Part shown: positions 24,380 to 49,580 of the stretch, one piece after another | How the letters are laid out: each line of letters begins with the position of its first letter | Numbering within the stretch: position 1 is the first letter of the stretch | From: Antedon mediterranea | Taxonomy: Eukaryota > Animalia > Echinodermata | Reading direction: 5' to 3' | NCBI RefSeq assembly: GCF_964355755.1 | Contig: NC_092670.1 | Span: 9,910,201 to 9,974,200 of the forward strand | DNA length: 64,000 nt | Program-made: the position numbers and the translations under genes | Notes under the pieces: generated by a model | Database searches by the model: none | The model's input: only the letters and a program-made list of their open reading frames with translations | What the model was told of the DNA's origin: nothing

Positions 24380-24665
24380 TTAAAGATGTATTGTTCCCCA
24401 AAAACATAAAACATAAAGATAAATCAGACCTTGAAAATCTGTTAGTATACGGTAGTTTTAATAAAGTTAATCACTTCCGTAGAAAAAAAACCGAAAAATT
24501 ATATTTTCACTTATAAAATGAAAAAATAAACGGTTAAATTCAACAAAAAATCCATTGGCTGGCAGCCAATTTGACTGTTTTTAAAAAATTACAGTTTTTC
24601 AGGTAAATTAAGTATTTTTCCAACAATTTTTTTAAAGAATAATTCTTTGCGGGAGGACAATACAT
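24380..24665. mobile_element. TTAA-flanked (Kolobok-like) MITE; second copy at about 7452-7690
   Basis: ttaa|agatgtattgttcccc...gggaggacaatacat. Shares an internal ccattggctggcagccaat segment with the copy at about 7452-7690. Confidence 0.6.
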
Positions 24666-25994
24666 AATAGATGCAAGTAACTTGACTCGCCACAGATGAC
24701 CTGTCGCTTTGCCATCGATCATATCGCGCTGCGTTGCGCCTACTCCAGCTCTAGTGGGAACCAAACTTAATTTGACCAATCACTACGCGATGATGGATGA
24801 CGATTCATCGTGTATAATATTAGGCTTACCACCCGGGGTGGGTCTTATCGAATCTATGCTAGACTGTCTCCCTTAATTCTCAGATGCATGGGTGTTAGCC
24901 CTACAGTTTATTCTCACTCGAAAACACCGAATCTGTGCATACATTTTCACCGAAGCTTGGACAATTTACTATCATTAAAACATATTTTCATAAATCACAC
25001 AAAGTACAAATCCAAAAATGTTTGCTAGCTAAGAAAGATTTATTAATTAACATAATAAATAATCATTTTTGCCGCACGGCAACAATCTTTACAAGTGAAA
25101 CCCGTCATTGTGGTTACTCTTTTTTTAAACTCATTTTAAAGACACCAAACAACTTGCATTTTTTAAACTAATTCTTAAGTATGAAATAAATAATTCTGCA
25201 ATTCTACAATATAGATGACAAGTATGTTAAACACTCATAACACAATGCTCTTTGTCTTCGTAAAATAATTATATAAAAATATTAAAAGCAATAAATATTG
25301 CTTTCCCCGGCGTTATAGATAAAATTATAGAAACGTATAATGCAAAACAATTAAAATTCATTGTATATCTTATGCATTATTATACAGTTTCAAATAAACC
25401 ACTGTGCGTAACTTAACCAACTGATGGTGTATCGTACATTTTTAATATAACTAAATAAATGTACCAGAAGGTGAGTAGTATTAATTACTTGCATCATCTA
25501 AAATATGTTTTACTAACATATTTTAATTTTTTATAGTATATCGGTCTAGAAAATGAATTGAGGTACAGATAATTCGGTTGATGGTACACAAGCATATGGT
25601 AATACCGATGTTAAATTTGGTAATGAAGTCCTTAATAAAGTGTGATGTATTTTACTAATAATGATGTCAGCGGTCAGCTTAATTTTACAAATATCTTCAA
25701 TGATGAATCATGCCTAACTACGTAAAAAAAAGGTGGGAGTTCAGTATATTTTTTTGGTTATGTATAACCATAGAAAAACTATAATTCATTATACATTTAG
25801 AAAAAGTATAAAATTACCGTAGCAGAATTAGTACAGGTACCTTCGTGGTACTGCATGAGGATAAAATAAAAGTAGAGATTAAATTAAATTAAATTAAATA
25901 TTAAAACGGAAATTGTATGCTACATGCGCATGCGTCCCAGGCAGTATAATAAGACTCAAATCAACGCCCGTTTTAAGAGTCGTGTTTTTCCAAA

Positions 25995-28900
25995 CTAACC
26001 AATAGAAAAACCCCTGACTGTGTGCTGGTGTCCGGTGGGGGAACCATTGCAGACGAGAAGCAAAGGATGCTTCTCTTTGGTGACCGTGCATCCCAAGGGA
26101 AAGTCCATTCCATCCTCTGGCTTGTCGATTCTCTTGAGTAACTTGCCTTCTGTACCGTACATACATATGCGGTTACCGCCTGACACGATTATGCGGTCTC
26201 TTGGGTCGATTGCGATGCCACGCGGTTTCAGCTCTTTGGTCTCGTAAGCGATGGAGAAACTGTGAACGTACTTTCCAGCAGGATTGAAATGTTGTATACG
26301 AGCATTGCCTGTATCTACAACGAAAACATGGTCTTTGCTGTTGATGGCAATAAACCAAGGGATGCGGAACTTGCCAGGTTTTGTACCCTCACCTCCAATG
26401 GTACGGATGTACACTCCTTCAAGCGTGAACACCTTCACGCAACGTGCCTTGTGGTCGACGACATGAACCAACCCCTTTGTATTGATAGCGACTCCAATTG
26501 GTCCTAGAAGCTTGTCTTTGCCAAAATGACACTTCAAGGTACCATGTTTGTCACAAACGAAGATCTCATGATTATAGAAGTCAGCAGTCACTATATCGTC
26601 GCAATCACTTACCGCTACATCTTCTGGACTAAATGCATGCTGCATACCGTCATATCCAATGGTAATCTCTTCCTTTGTCTCGCCATCACCGTCCATAACT
26701 ACAATTCGATTGTTGAAACGATCCGAGACTATAAAGTGACCTTCTTTGGTCGTGGTAACGCTACGTGGCTGATTGAGTTGCCCATTAGACCCACCGTATT
26801 CAAAATCAAGTCCGCCACGAGGAGAAACCTTCACATCAAACGGAGACCCAGTGACTGCATCTCCGAACACGGTTGCGTGAACTTTGAACTTTCCAGCACG
26901 ATGGGGGACAAATTTCACGGTGTACGTGCCGTCAGCATTGTCATTTGCCAAGATAGGCATGACGTGATTGGTACAGGATTCCAAGCGTGCTACAACGTCA
27001 CTTCCACCTTCTGCAATCTGGGTGCCCATCTCATCACAGAGAGTAATCTGTAAAAATAGCAGAAAATATTAAAATGTGATTTACACACCGCACCACATTA
27101 ATGATCTCTCATCAATATTTGATTTGCCCCAAGAATAAACAAACGCAAGCAGAGCACTGGGTTTTGGTACTCAATCAGAAAAACTTCACCAGAATCCCGG
27201 TCTATATTTTCAAAATGAAAATTCTTGGAAAATACAGTAACCGTACATGAGACCTAGTATTTGAATCTAAAATATATTATTTATGTAGTATGAATGCTAT
27301 TATTCTTGGCCCATTAATCTGATTGACCAATATTTTCTTACCAGAAATTCCATTTCAATACCAACAGTGGCATCTTTTTCACTGATGTTCTCCAATCGTG
27401 ATTTTTCAGGGTCAGCTGGGAGAGTAGTTCCAACTCGACCAACACAGTCCTTACGAAGGTCTTGTTCAAACTCATCATTTATCTGGAACTCCAGGTTGGA
27501 GGTTTCAATCGGGGCAATATTAACCTAAATAAAAATAAATACATAGGCCTAACTGCTTTAGAAAATGGTGATTGAAGGAGACCTTGCATATATACTTGCA
27601 TTGTATTATATTTGTTTTGCAGAAATGTAGTTCTAAATAGTCAAGAAAATGTTAGAAAATGTCCGCAATATCTGAATTCTGAAAATTAAGAATATTGGGT
27701 ACGGTATCGATCATCGGAAAGTGTAATTTCTTAGACAGCCGCAACAATTTTACTAGCCTAAATATCTGTTGTTTAATTTATTGGATTATCAAGCTAGTGT
27801 CCTGACAAACCTTTTTGGCAAGAAGATCTTCCAATCGGTTGATAGTCTTGGCTCCTTCAGCTGGCAGAGTGACGTGGTTACCGAACGTAATAAGATTATC
27901 AGCGAACTCACAGCTGTCATACAATTCCTGACGAGCAGCTGAGAGATGGTGTAGCTGTTTTTCAACGCCGTCGTTCTTGACAGCGTAAGTCCTGTCGATG
28001 TCACGAAGAAGCTCATCCCGATACCTCTGAACCTACAAAATTAAGTTACAATTATTATTCACTATAGCATATCTGAATCATCGACAACAATTTGACAAAA
28101 CATTGACTTCATTTTTTTCTCTTTGGGAGCTGGTATTACCAAGTATTTTTGTTGATAAACTGGCATGGACCAGCGTCAGCATCACCAGCATTCCTTCTAA
28201 TCGATTCGATTCACCACCATAATGTGTGATAAGAGTATAGCTACTTGGTGGAAGGTAGTTAGCTAGCTACCAATTAATGTTTACATCTGTTTAAAATGAG
28301 TGTTTGGTGTATTAATTACCGTGAATATATTTATTTCTGATAGCAGTTGTAGATGTAGGCCTCAATGATCAAATTGGCAATAATAATTAATGTTTTGTAT
28401 TAACGATTTGTTACATATACATTTCTTATTAATGCGCTTATGTTTTGTTTGTGCAAAAATATAGATTTATTAATGTGTCTTCGACAAAAATGAAACTTAC
28501 CTTTTCACAAAGTCGTCTTGCAATTCCTTCAACAGCAGACTTTGCGGCATCAACGTTTTTCTTCAATTCTTCGCCAACACTCTCCACGCGTTCATGAGCA
28601 ATGTTGATGGTATCAATCTTTTCACGGCTTTCTCCAAGAAGCCCAAGCACTTCCTCCCTCTTGTCAACGTAGGTATGATGCACATCTTCAAGCTTGTGTT
28701 CGGAAGGAGGATGAGACACGGTGATACATCGAGAGCAGACGACCTCCTGACAGGTAACGCAGAATTTACTGATCTCGGTGTTGGTATGCTTCAAACAGAA
28801 TGTCTGCTCCATACAGATCCGATCACTACGCAGATTTCCATTTCCATGCTTATCAACGAAGAGAATTAAACTTCTCAGAAACATGCTGTTTGGCAATTCC

Positions 28901-29109
28901 TCAATACCGCCTCTTGGGAAAACATGCTCCTGTGCACATGAAGCACATATCAATTTTCCGCAATTGGAATGGACGGATTTTTCCAAGCAATCCAGGCACT
29001 GAGCGTGCAGACAAGGTAGTGTTTTAGCGCGCTCGTATCTATCATTGTGAATTGGGCACTTGAGGAAGGCCTCGTCTATCGTCTCTCGGCGGATTGAATC
29101 TTCAGCCAT
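25995..29109 (-). CDS. Tripartite motif protein, TRIM2/TRIM3-like (RING, one B-box, coiled coil, filamin, NHL repeats), 688 aa, 4 exons
   Basis: Exons 29109-28501, 28032-27811, 27524-27342 and 27047-25995, all phase 0. RING CPIH..PCLHAQCLDC..CASC, B-box CLKH..FCVTCQEVVCSRC..H..H, filamin DNADGTYTVKFVP..GSPF, NHL repeats (LNQPRSV, FSPEDVAV, GPIGVAI, FRIPWFIAI, KPRGIAI, FPLGCTV). Orthology is not assignable by eye. Confidence 0.9.
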
Positions 29110-30215
29110 ACTTGCGCCTAATTATTTCTTGAGTCAAAGATTTGAAAACCAACAGAGACGATATTCGCTTCCGAGATGGAAAACATCTGAAGAGTTTGGG
29201 TGAGCTGGATACCTTTTAAACTCACTCAAGTTTTGATTGACAGGCGAAACAAAGCCATATTAGGTAAAACTGCTGATCTGTGAAAATCAGTGCGATTCTA
29301 TTCGTCTCTGGGATTGGTATCAGTTTCAGAAACGATCCATGTCGGCGGTCAGCGGCAGCTGTGACAAAACCAGTGTCCAGACAAGGACAATTATACCCGG
29401 TTATCTGTGAAGATTACAACATAACAAAATATTTCTTATAGCTAGTTTTTCTGGAATGATTTTTGAAATAACTGTACTAAGCAAATAGTGAAAACAATTT
29501 ACTCAATTGTTAAACAAGTGTAGTGTAGTAAATGCAATGTTAACAAACCATAAAGAAAGATAAATTTATTTGCAAGCTGCTGTTCAAAAAATTCCTGATG
29601 AAGTCATGTGAAATTATTTACATATTTCTGTTTTTCCCCGCTTTTTCTAAATGTTTGTTTTCATCTTTACTTTTTACTGAAGATTTTTAAAGACAATGTA
29701 GATTTGCCACTAGCATAATGATGTATTGTCCCACAAATAACATGAAACACGAAGATTAACAAAAGCACTAATAATTAGTATTGACTTTCATAGGAAAAAA
29801 ACGAACAAAAATAATGATTTCACAAAAAGGCTGCGCTACACACTAATAGGAAGATAACGATCGACGATAAATAGATAAGCATCATTTTCTTACATAAAAC
29901 AAAAAGAAATTAGAAAAGTTAGTTAACCATTTATGCTGTCTTAAATCCAATTCTATGACGTCATTCATTCATTCATTTGGTCAAAATCTCAAATTTCAAT
30001 ACGAATACAAGATATTATTGTATACAATTCAAAAATATTTAAAAAGTATAAAAATGCAAAAACCGAGTAAAAAAGTAAAATCTGTAAAAAAAAGTGTTAA
30101 AAAGAGTGCTAAAAATTAGGCCTAAGGGTAAAATAACAATAAATTAAGCGTTAAAAAAGTGTCATAAAAATGTAAAAGTATTAAAATTGATTTTGACCAA
30201 TAGCCCAATAAAAAA

Positions 30216-30337
30216 TAACAAGGCCAACAGCCATAAGTCGCGTGCTAAAACGCATAGTGATACCGGACCGACAGACAGACCGACTGACCGATCGACCGAC
30301 ATAGTGAACTATAGAGTCTCGTCCACGCGGCTAAAAA
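30216..30337. mobile_element. Helentron-associated (HINE/DINE-like) element; further copies at about 30740-30810 (inverted) and 41348-41460
   Basis: Subterminal inverted repeat agtcgcgtg / cacgcg(a/g)ct, an internal (gacc/gaca)n microsatellite and a shared gacatagtga...tagagt segment, ending in an A/T run. Confidence 0.6.
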
Positions 30338-31129
30338 CGTTGGGATCCTGAAATTAAATAATATTAATTACACTAAATATTAAGTAATGCTGTCCATTCA
30401 TTAAGAGGCCAACTTATAGTAATACGTTTAGCAGTCTAAATCGCAGAAATGCTTTCATATTCACTATTTTTTCAATCAATGAGACAAATTGCTTTCATTA
30501 ATGTGGATTGAAGGGGATATGCCGGTATCGAGCAGACAACAGCCTGCAAGTACCACGGGGTCATTTCAATGTCGCGGTCTGATTCTTTTGACTTAATTCT
30601 TTCACCTGGAAACTCAAAGAAAAATATATGTAACATCTGAATCTCTTATGGTCAATGGTTATTAGATTTAATGGTTACAAAAAGTAACACCGTCTTTTTG
30701 CAAGAAAATGTGTGTACTTAGCTGAAATTCTAAATTCTATTTAGTCGCGTTCTCACTATGTCGGTCGGTTGGTCGGTAGTCGGTCGGTTGGTCGGTAGTC
30801 GGTCGGTAAACGCTAACTCAAATTTGCGCACGCGACTGCAGCCCTATGGACTCTACCACAACCGTCGGGCCAGCTATTCGCTACTAAACTATTTTTATTT
30901 TGTTATAAACGAATCGTATTTTTGGTATTTTTTATAAAACTAAAACAAACAATATAAGCCATGGCTCCTTTGGTAATGGAATCAGAATACCGCCCTCAAT
31001 GTTAAATTATATATATCGCGCCAACTTTTTTTTTGGAGAGAAAAAAAAACATTTGCGTTAGTAGTAGTGTAAGAAGTTACGTCGTTTAGCTAAACGTTTA
31101 TTTATAGAACTTCGTTTTCTTACACTGAA

Positions 31130-42532
<11,403 letters not shown>

Positions 42533-44402
42533 AATTATTTATCAACATTACTGTAAGAAATGTATGTATTGTATATAGTTCATAATTTCTAGATGTAACT
42601 ATACTTCAATTTGAAGAAAATGTTACAATTTCAAAGAAGATAAAATATTTTCTAACTAACTGATATATTTTCTTGTGAAGATCAGTTCAATTTGGAGCAT
42701 TTTAAAAGGATAGTTCCGGCTATAAAGTTTATAATTGTTTATTACAAGGTATAAACCATTGCAGCAACATTGATAATAACACCTTTGTTGTCTGCTGTAA
42801 AGCAGAACTATCGTGAAATAAGCCAATAAGCCTTAGCTCTGTCTACACTATCAAACTTCATGTGACAAAAAATGTGACATGCCCATTATACGTCATATCA
42901 CTACCATATTTGGGCATATCACATATTTTTGTCAAACTAGTTTTATAGAGTGGATAGAGGTTTAAAAGTGGTACTAACGGTAGGAAATTCAAAAATATTG
43001 ACTTATGTAAATTTAAGGCATTTTTTGTTGTTGAAAAATCAGGATGTTGAAACATTATGCATAAACAATATATTTACGAAGCTAATAATACTTATAAATA
43101 ATTCTATCAAAAGATTTCTATGAAATCTTTTAAATAATAAACGTATCTATGAAGATTTATCTTGGTTTAAGACGGTAGATAAACTAAGCTAACGCGATCC
43201 AATTACTTAAAAATGCGCCTCGCACAATTTCCAATACCAACGCAATTATTACGTTAATCATTGATGGATGAGAGAAGCATTTCAAGTCGAAGTTCACTTT
43301 CGTTCGTCTGTGTTAAGTATGTCACGGTCCCATAGGTCTCTTTTCTTTCAGTTTAAAATCTTATAGTAATATAAATTCGACAATTTCTCGTCAAATAAAA
43401 CTTAAAAGCTATACATTACATTAAAGTGTATAAGTGATGGAATGATGGGAATATGAGTATTGTGTTTTGCTTGTTTTTTTTATCAATGCCATTATCTAAT
43501 TTTCGATAAAGATGAAAACAATTATTTGACAATGTAGATAGAAAGGCTAAAACAAAGACATGACAATTCGGTGCTTACTGATTTTGTATTGTGTTTCTTT
43601 TCAGTGTAAAATCTTGTTTTTCTTTGCTTATTCAAATTTTGATGATTATGCTAATAATACAATTATACTTTTGCATAATATAAATCTAAAGTAAACAGCT
43701 AATAATTATACTGTATTTATTTTTGCCTCAATTGTTGTTTTTGCTTTGGAATTAAGTAGAAAATTAAGACAATTTGATGCTTATGGTATTTTTTTTGTCG
43801 ATTAAAAATATTATTTGCTAATTATAATTTTGCTGATTATGCTAATTATAATTTTGCTGATTATGCTAATTATAATTGTGCATAATTAAAAATCTAAATA
43901 AATAAGAGTGAATTAATGGTTTTTACCAATATCGTTATCTGTGCATATTTTATGTTCGCATGGTAATCGAATTTTGCTTGGAATGAGATATTAAAAATCT
44001 ACCGGAAGAAAATGTTGTAATTTTATGATTTTGAATATAAACAGGTTGTTAAATGTATGTTTTCAATGTGTCTTTTATTATGAAATATTACAATATATGT
44101 CTGGGCATTTTATATCGAAAAGGCATTATTTTCGCGAATGTTAAATGTATGTTTTTCGTAGGTATTTTATATTATAAAATATGATTATTTTCGCGAATGA
44201 TAAATGTGTTTGTCGCATTAATATTTTATATTTTAACAAAGGTAATTGTTTTTTGTTTGTTTGTACTTTGTACACTTATTTTATAGTGTTACGGTACTGT
44301 AATATCTGTTTGTTCCAAATAATATTGAATTCCGGCATGATTACATTGGTTGTATATGGTTTACCAATCTACATATAGTAACACCTTTGGGCCACAGCGA
44401 AG

Positions 44403-44682
44403 TGTCCCCTTAATAGGAGTGTCCTTTAAATAGGATTTGGCTAAAATGTTAAAAATTTACCTTTCATATTTCACGAGAAATTGTCCCCTTAATAGGAGTG
44501 TCCTTTAAATAGGATTTGGCTAAAATGTTAAAAATTTACCTTTCATATTTCACGAGAAATTGTCCCCTTAATAGGAGTGCCCTTTAAATAGGATTTGGCT
44601 AAAATGTTAACATATTGCCATTTATTTATTGCACGAGAAAGTGTGTTATTAGGGGTGTTGAAATGGTGGGCGTTCTACTGTA
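44403..44682. repeat. 79-bp tandem repeat (about 3 copies) within a pogo-like MITE remnant
   Basis: The unit starting tgtccccttaataggagtg occurs at 44403, 44482 and 44561. The stretch ends in gttctactg|ta. Confidence 0.8.
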
Positions 44683-47600
44683 GTATGGTTTCACGTTGAA
44701 AGATATAGAAAAAGTGCAGTCCCATATACCTTATCTCGCTTCTAAATGAATAATATCAATAATAATATTTAGAATATGTAAATATCCTTGTAATTTAGCT
44801 TTGGCTGCAATGACGATATTTGAAATAAATGAAATGAATGGAAAAAATGAAATGAATAATGATTTTAAAGCATAAGCCTGCAATATGCCTGTATATGTTA
44901 CACAAATTAATCCTCTAGTCAATTATAAGGGAATAAATTTCAATTGTAATGAACTCTGATTAAATGAACTTCTACATAAAATCAATGTTTTATTTTATGT
45001 CAGAGCTACGTGCCGAAAAATAAATTTGCGACTACATAAATTCTAGCAGATCGTGATTAGATTAGCCCTTTGAGGTAAACAAGTGGAGAAAAGTAACTTG
45101 TATTCTCATTCAATAAACCATTATTAAAGTCATGTACGACTATTACAAGACCAACTACCAAGAGAAACATAATAACAATCGCCGAAGTGATTTTGTCTGT
45201 TTTGCGTAAACAAAGAATTAAAGATGGTTTTAGTCGCGGATAATGTCTTTATTTTTACTTTGAATTTAAGCATCGAGCAAGGAAAGGCTTAAATAATAAA
45301 TAGATGTTTTTATTTAGAACGTCTGCAAGATTGAAAAGTCGGCGAGTCCATTTTAGCCTTAAAGCAACACGTAGAGAAAAGAACAAATTAATGAATAAAC
45401 CATGGATTATTACATACAAACCATCATGATTAAAGGTACACTATCAAACTCGTTTGACAAAAAAAGTGTGATGTGCCCAAATATGGCAGAGATATGCCCA
45501 AATATGGTAGTGATATGACATCATCATGTCCATATATGGTCACATCATCACATTTTGTTGTCACATAAAGACAGAGCTTTAGTCCTACTATGGTATGTTC
45601 TAATGTATCTATACCGGTACTATACAAGTTTGTTTATTACACCGACGTGGATGTGATGCTGAGACTGAGAATATAATTGTTTTTTGTCCAGAATAAATGT
45701 TCATCTTAAATCTTCGTGTTTAAAATTGCTATTGTTATTATAAAAATATAACCTCTTTGCAACATTAATTTCAAGCTCAGTTGTTTTTTTTGTTGAAAAT
45801 ATTTATATTTCGTAATAAATTATATAGAAACTAAACTCGAAGCTACCCTTTAATAAATCGGTGCCTAAAAACATCGCTCATATTTTATTCAAATCAAACA
45901 AATTGCGTCATCGGTATTATAACAACATCGGTTATTTTTTTCCGAGACTGTTTTATCATAAACCACAAACACGGCATATTGGCTGAGACAATTATTTTGA
46001 TACTACACAGAGACTTAAGAATAAGCATACAACATCATTTTCTGGCATGTTGGGAAAGAATGAATGAAACAAAGGTATAGGGTTGCTACTGTCATTCTCG
46101 CGTTCAAAAAATCGTTTTTAATTTCTATGCGCCCGTAGACTATGCCTCCATAATTTAGCGAGGACAACATTTAAAAGACGCGCGCGTTCACATTCTGATG
46201 AATTTAATTTACCGCGCGTGTAAAAGAATTTTACAGACGTGCGCGTTCAAATGCTGATAAAATTCGTTCGTTTGTACGCATGTATCTCCTTCTTGGTGTA
46301 CAAGTTCACACCGTATAATCAGTTTTACTTGTACTGGATTGTATTCTTATGTAGTATAAACATTGCTATGAAACGCTAATTCGGTTTTTTGAAATGATAA
46401 TAATGTTTTTGTTGTTGAAACCAGGTTGTTTATGCATATTGCTGTTTCATTGATATTTCTTTAAAGAGTTTCTTTACCTTCTAACATAACATTTTTCATC
46501 GTTGATTTCTGTTACGTAATAAGTTTTATCGTTGAATGAAGGGTTGTCCGCTATGATCTTCCCGAAACGAAGTTTACCTTAGATATGGAAGATGTTTCTT
46601 TTTCTCATTTGATGATCTATTTGTTGATGATCTGTCTCTGATTTCATAAGCTTCAAAATGAGCTCACTTTTTAGATTGCAGATTCAATTATTTTCTCCGC
46701 TTCACGTGATCTACTTGTTAATGACTCCTTATGAACTACTTTTGAGGAAATTGCTTTACTTACAAAATCCTTGGTGGCGCTATTATTAATTACATGTGAT
46801 AATATTGAAGAAAATAATAGGTGATTTCTTAGATGATTTAGTTTGCGATAGACTGAAGTTAAAATAACACACCTCGGGCAGCAGGTAAGCGATTCATTTA
46901 TTGTTACTGTTATAATGTATACAGGTGCATACTACTGTAGGCCTCCTAGTTTCCTTTGAAGTGGGCACTCAACAGCAAGTCCATAACAGTTAACCCTTTT
47001 TAGAGGACACCCATATTGTATGAATTGAAGGGAACACTTCGTTGGTTCCCAAAGGTGTCCTCATAATAGGGGTTCTCCTTATTTGCTATTTCATAACATT
47101 CAGTGACTTAACGGGAGACATAAAGTAGACGCGCGTGTACTAAAGTGACCTTAATTATTTTTGTCAGTTTTTGAGCGCGCGCGTCACATCATGGTTGCCT
47201 ACAGCTCTTCGTTGGATACAGACGTAAAATAGACCTATAATGATAAATTTCAATTCACAGAAACATCGAATGATGTGATGGATGTATCGCAAGCATACTA
47301 TTTTTATTTGTGCATACACCATGAAAACAATGATATATATATTTTTTATGTGTAATTTCTTCACGGTTTAAAGAGTTCCAAGCCGGGATTAGGAATATAG
47401 TCTTGGTTTCTCACTATGACGCAACGTAAGGACGTAAGCGCAAAAAAAGTAATTCTCACTTTGGCGTTGCGTTCTGTGGGAAACAATTTGTGTATATTAA
47501 AAGTTTAGTTTTATATAATATAATTTTAATGTATAGGCCTATATATTTTTGTTTCAAAATCTTCAAATTGAAACTCATTTTAAACTTGGTTTGCCCTTTT

Positions 47601-48513
47601 TTGTTTACAAAATCACTTTATTCGGGTTTATGTATTTATACACTGAGCATTTGAAAATATTTTAATTGGCGCGTAATACTTGTTTGTCCATATTATTATT
47701 CAATTATTATTATCCTAACCACTTATCAGATAGATGCACCCCAAGACACCCCCTTTTCCCATTAACAAAATGTAAAACGTCGTAAGCCCCATTAACCCAA
47801 GTCTGACGTGCTTCTATGCTAAAAACAAAGCAGATTTGGCTGATTTTCATCATGAAACACGTTAACACAGGGGACCCCGTAGGCCGGCTACATGAAGAAA
47901 AATTGGGTGTGATTTAAACCGGCCTTAAGCCTACTTTGTAAAGTTTAATCGAAATGAATTTGTACTTAAGGCATTGGATTAATCATATACCCATCCGGTT
48001 CCTTGCATCACATCTACTGTGTCGATAATTATCACTATCAAGGATTCTACATACTAAGTATATTCTAGTTCTCGGTACTGTGTCTAGATTTCTCCACAGT
48101 GTCAGAACAATTCCGTAATACAGCGGTACATGTTTCACATGGTATCAAACCTACCCATGATACATGCACTAAAATGTGATACACATTGAACTCATCATTT
48201 AAGGTTGGTTATTGTTAAAAGTGATGCTGTATATACGGTATTTAGACCTATATGCCTATTGTGAAAATATCATCGTAATATTAGGATATACAGTAGGCCT
48301 ACTGGGAATCCGGTCACTACGAGTCTCTTTAAATCATTTTCTGATTTATTCCACAACATATTGGTGTACTGAATAATGATGTCGACTCTCTCATCCTATA
48401 ATTAGGTACCTCAGTTGATTGCATATAATTCTCTATGGACAGTACATCAATTTCAAGCACTATAGATTAAAATTATTCTTATAATATTATTATTTCTAAC
48501 TTCCAATCATTAA

Positions 48514-48673
48514 AGCTTGGTTCCCACTAGGACGCAACACAAGGACCTAGACCCAACGCAAGCGAGTTGATGACCAATCACACGCGACTATTCGAATAAT
48601 TCATCGCTTGAGATTGGTCAAATCACTTGCGTTGCGTTACGTCTTAGCGTTGCGTCCTAGTGTGAACCAAGCT
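48514..48673. mobile_element. Harbinger-like MITE family A; other copies at about 1633-1760, 24750-24790, 40753-40868, 47400-47485, 49663-49760, 51225-51320, 51327-51505 and 51510-51650
   Basis: TAA|agcttggttcccactaggacgcaac...gttgcgtcctagtgtgaaccaagct|TAA, with an internal tgaccaatca / tgattggtca pair. Confidence 0.85.
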
Positions 48674-49444
48674 TAATAGGCCTAATATTGGTTTTTTGGG
48701 ACCTTAGGGATAACAGTATGATAATGTATTTATTTATGATTAGGGTTGTATGCAAACGTTTCTCTTCTTGCAAGATCGACATTTCACGGAATTTTCCAGA
48801 TACTAGAATCCAGCAAACTTCGTCATTGCAAGTTTTGGTAGAGTTTTTACATGTTGTAGAATAGACTTCGGGAAAACAAACAGATTATGTGAGAATTGTG
48901 AATGATACCAAAATCAAATCTCTGGCATAAAGGCTGATTTAAACAGACGAGCGGTAACGGTAAGCGGACAAAACCGCGTAGCTTGTCCCACGTAGAATAT
49001 GTATCTATCCTGAGCGGAAATCGCTCGTCCGCTCCGCGTTGTGTGTAAATGATCATAATGAATAACATAGATTCTATATTTTTATTATCGTTACCGCTCG
49101 TTTAAATGTGTAAGTGTAAATTGGCATTAAGGGACATACACACACACAGCGCTGGTTTTACAATGATTGGGACTGATGGTGATACGGATGATAAGAATGA
49201 TGACAACGGCGACTACTGCAACCAATAGAAAACTCGGTTGCTCGTTTATGAGACGATTAATCGTGTTCCGTAGATTACATGATCAGTGCAAGATTTATGA
49301 CGGATTTTGAAGCTTTCGATAGTGATCCGATAATCAACGTTGAACTACGCGGATGGTTTTATTTCGTAGTTTAAACAAACATAATTGAGCTCAAGTCCAC
49401 GAAAAGATAATCTCATCGATATGCAAAATAAAGTGTTTTCAGTG

Positions 49445-49580
49445 CAGGGGCGTAACGACTAGCGCTCACTGGCTAAACCCAGGGGCTCCGGAGCTTATGG
49501 GGCCGGGGGACCATGAGCAGTGCCCAGAAGAAGAAAGAGTTTCTAAACCAGGAGCCTCAGGCCTCTGCCTTACGTCTCTG
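49445..49580. mobile_element. hAT-like MITE
   Basis: caggggcgtaac...ttacgtctctg, with 8-bp flanks tttcagtg / gttcagtg. Confidence 0.7.

Noticed and set aside
27811-28032. Apparent frameshift in TRIM exon 2
   Set aside because: Re-reading shows one open 222-nt phase-0 exon. The track ORF 27789-28016 is simply another frame.
26020-29027. Plus-strand ORFs over the TRIM gene (also 19809-20165 and 53719-54105 elsewhere)
   Set aside because: They are antisense shadows of real coding exons.
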